This document shows, piece by piece, positions 59,323 through 64,000 of a DNA stretch of 64,000 nt (the first letter of the stretch is position 1; each line of letters begins with the position of its first letter). The notes beneath the pieces were generated by a model. That model was not told where the DNA came from, did not search any database, and worked only from the letters and a program-made list of their open reading frames with translations. Source of the DNA: Zancudomyces culisetae HAW-14-8. Taxonomy: Eukaryota; Fungi; Kickxellomycota. The stretch lies in the NCBI GenBank assembly GCA_052426225.1, contig JBNJNM010000011.1, positions 2,666,001 through 2,730,000 of the forward strand. The letters run 5' to 3'. The position numbers and the translations under genes were made by a program.

Positions 59323-61275
59323 CTACGAGCAGGAGTTAACTTCATTCAGAATTGTGGACACATACTTTTTGGCGCTATTGAGTTCCACCTGTTTATAAAG
59401 CAGTTTCCATCTTTCAGTTTTTTTATCTTTTTTCATCTCCAACGCTTCAAATAGCGCTTTTGAAATACTGTTTATATTGAAGGGGTTAATGGTGATTGCA
59501 CCATTCCCTCCTAGAAACCCATATGATCCAACAAACTCGGAAATGATGAGTGGTGAGTTTTTTTTTTCCTGGCAGACAATAAATTCATGGCTCGTTAAGT
59601 TTAATCCATCACGAAGCGGAGTAACCAGCATCGCATCTGCCACTTTTAACAACCCCAGGTATTTATGCTGATCAATATCCTGTCTTAGAAACTTTACGGG
59701 CTGATGTTCAATTCCACCAAACTTAGAATTTATTCTATCCACTACATCCGATATTCTTACAAACTCTTCGTTTTGTTCAGTAGTAGCTAGTGCTAACTGA
59801 ACCAGTATTGTGTTTTTTTGATATTTGGGATTTTCAGCTAGAAATTCTTCGTACGCAAGCATTTTATTCCTCACGCCCTTTACAAAATCATTTTTGTCTC
59901 TTGATACTATGACAAGTTTATCTTTATATTTAGCTGCCAGTAACGTCTCCTCTATTTGCGTAGCGCGACTGTCTCTTTCATCTTTAAGTTGTTCTATATC
60001 TATTCCCACAGGGATTTCTATTATCTTGGGTACCGAGTTCCCACCCGTTTTTTCGAGCGTCATTTCAGCAAAAGACATATCCATATGAAGTATATACTTG
60101 CAACTTTGTATAAAGTGTCTCGAGTGCATATATGTTTGAAACCCAATCAAACTTGAGCCTAGAACACCCTCTAATAGCTCTTTCCTGACATGAAGGCATC
60201 TAAATAGCTCTGATGTTGGAAAAGGAATATGATTAAAGTATACTATTTTTGCTTTTGGTAGTCTTTCTCTAAGCATCTTGGGAAGCAGCATAAGATGGTA
60301 GTCGTTTATCCATATTATGTCACCTTCTCTATACACCTTGACCAGCTTGTTGCAGAATTTTTGACAGACATTCACGCTTTCTTCGTAAGCTTTTGGATCC
60401 CACCCCTTCCACTGAGGCATTTCTGGTGGAATAGAATGGAATAGTGGCCATATCAGCTGTTTACAAAAAAAGTTGTAGTGTAAATCAAATTCCTTGTCAT
60501 CCAAATGCACTGGGATGGTCTCAAATTCGTCTAGCAGCTTGTCTTCAATGTTTTGCTTCTTGAGATCACTCCATTTTTCACTGCTGACTCCAAGCCCTCC
60601 CACCCACAACCGCTCTTCAAAAAGGTCCAGGTTGCTGTTCACAGCGTTGAAAAGTCGCAAGTTGCTCAGATTTTGTCGCTCAATGATATATTTTTCACCC
60701 TCGTCTGTTATTCCATAAGGCTCGCTGTATTCATCAGAAAATAGACCGATCATTCGTTGAAAAAAGTCGCTAAACCTTCTCACACCACCACTCACGCCCT
60801 TTCCTGAGTGGTTTAGGTTGTTATTCCGCTCGTTGTGTTTACTAGAGAAGCTTGATCTTCTTCTGCTGCGATAGTTTGCTTCGCCATTCAACTTGGTCTT
60901 GCTATCAGAGTGTACTCTAAGATTTTTTACCTTCCTAGCCGAATACCCGCTTCCACATTCTTCGCTCACAGGCCTTATGTTTTTTGCTTTGGGATTTTGC
61001 GAGTTCGTGGCAGCCTGGCTAATTTTGCCGCTGCTATGCTCGATATTTATACCATTTATGCCCGTTTCTACTCCATTTAGATTCTTTTTTTGCATGTTCT
61101 CTTCCTGCTGGAGAAAAGTTGTTGTGTATGGTGTAAACACCGATACTACCAAAAGCCTCCCAACACCTTCACTCCCTTTGCTTTTTTTATCTTCTTCCGG
61201 TTTCATTTCACGTATTTTAGTACCTTCTTTGTTAATCTTACTCAATTCTGAACCAAGCTTGTACCCAGCTTCCAT
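59323..61275 (-). CDS. GT20 trehalose-6-phosphate synthase-like protein (Tsl1/Tps3/Tps2 type), no phosphatase domain
   Basis: HYNFFCKQLIWPLFH, IWINDYHL, HIPFPTSELFRCL, RDKNDFVKG, RDGLNLTSHE. The stop follows directly after the GT20 domain. Confidence 0.88.
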   Translation of the reverse strand: MEAGYKLGSELSKINKEGTKIREMKPEEDKKSKGSEGVGRLLVVSVFTPYTTTFLQQEENMQKKNLNGVETGINGINIEHSSGKISQAATNSQNPKAKNIRPVSEECGSGYSARKVKNLRVHSDSKTKLNGEANYRSRRRSSFSSKHNERNNNLNHSGKGVSGGVRRFSDFFQRMIGLFSDEYSEPYGITDEGEKYIIERQNLSNLRLFNAVNSNLDLFEERLWVGGLGVSSEKWSDLKKQNIEDKLLDEFETIPVHLDDKEFDLHYNFFCKQLIWPLFHSIPPEMPQWKGWDPKAYEESVNVCQKFCNKLVKVYREGDIIWINDYHLMLLPKMLRERLPKAKIVYFNHIPFPTSELFRCLHVRKELLEGVLGSSLIGFQTYMHSRHFIQSCKYILHMDMSFAEMTLEKTGGNSVPKIIEIPVGIDIEQLKDERDSRATQIEETLLAAKYKDKLVIVSRDKNDFVKGVRNKMLAYEEFLAENPKYQKNTILVQLALATTEQNEEFVRISDVVDRINSKFGGIEHQPVKFLRQDIDQHKYLGLLKVADAMLVTPLRDGLNLTSHEFIVCQEKKNSPLIISEFVGSYGFLGGNGAITINPFNINSISKALFEALEMKKDKKTERWKLLYKQVELNSAKKYVSTILNEVNSCS

Positions 61276-63243
61276 TTTAGGTTAGTATTACATACACTTT
61301 CTTTCTGTCTTGTATTAGATTTTTTTTCACACTTTATTATATTTAAGTTTGGTGCATGGGCACATTTATTTGCATGTGAAAAAACGTATTGCTGGAGTAA
61401 GCAGGCTATTCACCTCCTTTTAATCAGATGTTTTAACAAAGTTTAAACGGGACTTCCAAAATGATAGGTGCTGCTGAACTTCCACTTTTTTGTTGGGACG
61501 CTTATTAAAAATTGATTGAAGGATCAGTGAACATACTAAATACTTTCATGGGCAAACTTCCACAATGCCAAGCTATTTACATCCTCGTATATGCCTACCC
61601 TCTGCCATCCTGCTTCGCCCTTTTGTTTTTATTTTTCGCTTTTATTAGTTTTGTCCTTCTGATGCAGGAAATCAATTCTAAACCTCGCCTATGAAGATCT
61701 TGATTCCTGCGGCTTTCAGTACACCGCTTCCAAAAAAAAGGGGGGATTTTCCCCTTCGCCGAGTTATCTTTTCATGTGTAATTTGCTGCAATTTTCAGCG
61801 GTTCTCGTTTGCAGTGAAGGCATGAAAATACCTATAGCCCCCATATTTGCGCTTGCATTTTTATTTAATTTGTTTGGATAGGTTAGCAAAGGCTCTCAAG
61901 TAATTGGACTACCGAATTCCTTGACTTATTTCTGCATATGTTGGTACTGTTCCACAAAAGAGAAAATACAATCAGTCATCTGATTACTGGTATTTTCCAG
62001 GTCAAATGGGGAAGGGGAAGGATGAAGAGTGGGGAAGGGAAAATGGAGAAGGTGAAGTTAAATTGATGTAGTCCAAATCTTCTAGCTTTAAAGTTGTTTG
62101 TACATATATTTATTTATTTTTTCTAGTTTTATGGCTTTAAAATTTACCACATTAAGCAAAAAAGTCGAAAATTGACAACCAAAAAAATTTAAAAAAAAAC
62201 ATAAAGTGTTTATTCAATTGTTTACCAAATGCTCGCTCTTAATTATTTTTGCATTATTGCACAAAGCTGGATATTAAACTCCTTTTGTGGCACATAACCT
62301 TCTAGAACTTACTTTCGGTATTATGCAATTGAAAACACAAAACATTTTCGTACACAATAATTGGACTAGCGCATACACGATGCACATATAGTAGTTATTC
62401 ACAATGCCAACACTATTGTGAAATTCCCTTATCCGCCCGGGCCAAGCGTAGCTTGGGTATTTGCAGTATTTTAACACGCAGAAATTAAGCTGAGAGTGGA
62501 GGGGTTGGGTAAAAAATACTGCAGTTTACTCATAGGACTTATATATTCTGATAAGGTATCAAGGAGTCTTGAGACGTTAGGGGGCTGCTTACCTTGGATA
62601 TCACAGGATCCAATTTTTATCTAGCATCTGTGGAGGGGGGGATATATGGTTTATGTCACCTCCACATGAATTATTTCCCGCAGGCACTAGTAATTATACA
62701 TAGGAACTCTGAAAAATGTAGCTGTGATGTTTGCAACAATTGCTACCATCGATATTGCTGTATATTTATGTTTGTTATTTCCCATTATATCGCTACTACA
62801 AGTAAAATGTGAGACTTTATTTGTACTGCTTGTGTTTAAATGATATAATTTTCATACCTTGTGGTTGTTCGGTTATATTGATGAAAGGTGTTACTATTTC
62901 ATAACAAATAAATGGTTAAACTGACAATTAGTAGTAAGAGAACTTGAAAAAAAAACTAAAAAGACATGACTGCTTGGTGAACAATAGTAAATTGTTAAGA
63001 GATTTATTATAAAAGTTAGTAATGTGTTTGTATCATCTAAAGAGACAATTGAGCAAAATTTAACTACATTTTACACACTTTATTTTTTCTTTTTGAAAAG
63101 AAAATGATGTTTTTGGTACTAAAACCCAAATCGAACAGGTTATAAAAACTGAGTGCAATGGAACCGTTTTTTTTTGGTGTGCTGTTCTTTTGGAAAGCAT
63201 TTTTTGTTCAGTAAGAATATTCTACAGTTTAGCTTCTAAAAAA

Positions 63244-64000
63244 ATGATTAGGGAGTTTTTGATATATTTTTTAATACTTGCAAATACAATATATGCGGGT
63301 AAGGCGCGCCTAATAGTCTTTGGAGATGAGTTTTCGGATATCGGAAATGAAACGCCATACTTTCCAAAGGTTAGTACCTGGTATAGGCGTCTATCTAACG
63401 GGCCAGTGTGGAATGAATACACAACATATTTCAACGATTATATACTTATGAATTATGCTACTTATGGCGCTGTAGCAAATAAATCACATATCCTAAACCA
63501 CGGCGGTGATGTTCGAGAGGTTTCAGATCTAGCTAACCAAGTTAAAAAATTTACCCAATCTTACCCACAGTATTCAAAAAATAGCGACATAAAAAAGGAC
63601 GTGGTGGCAATTCATATAGGTACCAACGATTTATTGAGGCTTGGTGGCTCTCCTGATGCTCGCGCACTACAGAAAGGTTCGTGCATTATATTTGTAAACA
63701 GTATTATGCAACAGGTCGAAAAGCTTTATAATTTCGGGTTCAGAAATTTTGTGGTAATGGATCTTTTTAGAGTACAGGATACACCTTTGAAAAGCGAATT
63801 CAATTCTGAAAAATTAAACCTCATGGGAAGTTTTGCACAGCAAGGGACAGAAATACTAGAAAAAGGAGTAAAGAAGTTTGAAAGGTCAAAGTCGAATAGT
63901 GGGCCAGTAGTCAAAGTAGCGAGTATACAGATGTTCTACAAGAGTATAGTGTTATCTGATGTCGCAAGACATACAGGATGCACCGATACGACAAGCAGTT
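63244..64000 (+). CDS. Secreted GDSL/SGNH lipase-like protein, partial (runs off the window end)
   Basis: Absent from the ORF track because it has no stop in the window. Signal peptide MIREFLIYFLILANTIYA; block I LIVFGDEFSDIGN; RLSNGPVWNEY; block II NYATYGA; block III IGTNDL; KLYNFGFRNFVV. Confidence 0.88.
   Translation, partial: MIREFLIYFLILANTIYAGKARLIVFGDEFSDIGNETPYFPKVSTWYRRLSNGPVWNEYTTYFNDYILMNYATYGAVANKSHILNHGGDVREVSDLANQVKKFTQSYPQYSKNSDIKKDVVAIHIGTNDLLRLGGSPDARALQKGSCIIFVNSIMQQVEKLYNFGFRNFVVMDLFRVQDTPLKSEFNSEKLNLMGSFAQQGTEILEKGVKKFERSKSNSGPVVKVASIQMFYKSIVLSDVARHTGCTDTTSS

Noticed and set aside
61654-61720. Hairpin GCAGGAAATCAA...TTGATTCCTGC as a SECIS element
   Set aside because: It lacks the AUGA/GA quartet geometry on either strand and has no upstream UGA-containing ORF.
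62462-62523. 11-bp inverted repeat (TGCAGTATTTT/AAAATACTGCA) as a MITE
   Set aside because: It is very short, has no clear target-site duplication, and I saw no second copy in the window.

Overview
AT-rich, gene-dense eukaryotic DNA with short GT-AG introns, from a fungus. A myosin-motor chitin synthase, Vac7, Nth1, Ura3, Tos4 and a biopterin-dependent phenylalanine hydroxylase point to an early-diverging lineage, possibly Zoopagomycota such as Harpellales (inference only). I can support about 25 protein-coding genes, 10 of them with introns that I spliced by hand: TOS4-like, MPC1, DCAF4-like WD40, an orphan membrane protein, an SLC35F/DMT transporter, a secreted orphan, acetoacetyl-CoA synthetase, PAH, VAC7, FBP1, BEM46, NTH1, MAE1/SSU1-like, RPS20, RSC9/ARID2, SUB2, class V-type chitin synthase, a Cys-rich/ubiquitin-like orphan, VPS2, NOG2, a mitochondrial HMG-box protein, URA3, a TSL1-like protein and a GDSL protein cut by the window end. 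I recognised no rRNA, tRNA, CRISPR or transposon. The most unusual signal is compositional. The + strand switches from purine-rich to pyrimidine-rich twice, each time inside a single gene (VAC7 near 18.5 kb, chitin synthase near 43 kb), and synonymous codon usage changes along each gene. The second switch centres a roughly 17-kb microsatellite-rich domain. Other leads are two apparent pseudoenzymes (a phosphatase-less TPS-like protein and a GDSL protein with Ser replaced by Glu), a PAH + acetoacetyl-CoA synthetase gene pair, a Zn-finger/ubiquitin-like orphan and a possible double 5'UTR intron in RPS20. All compositional statements are by eye, not computed.
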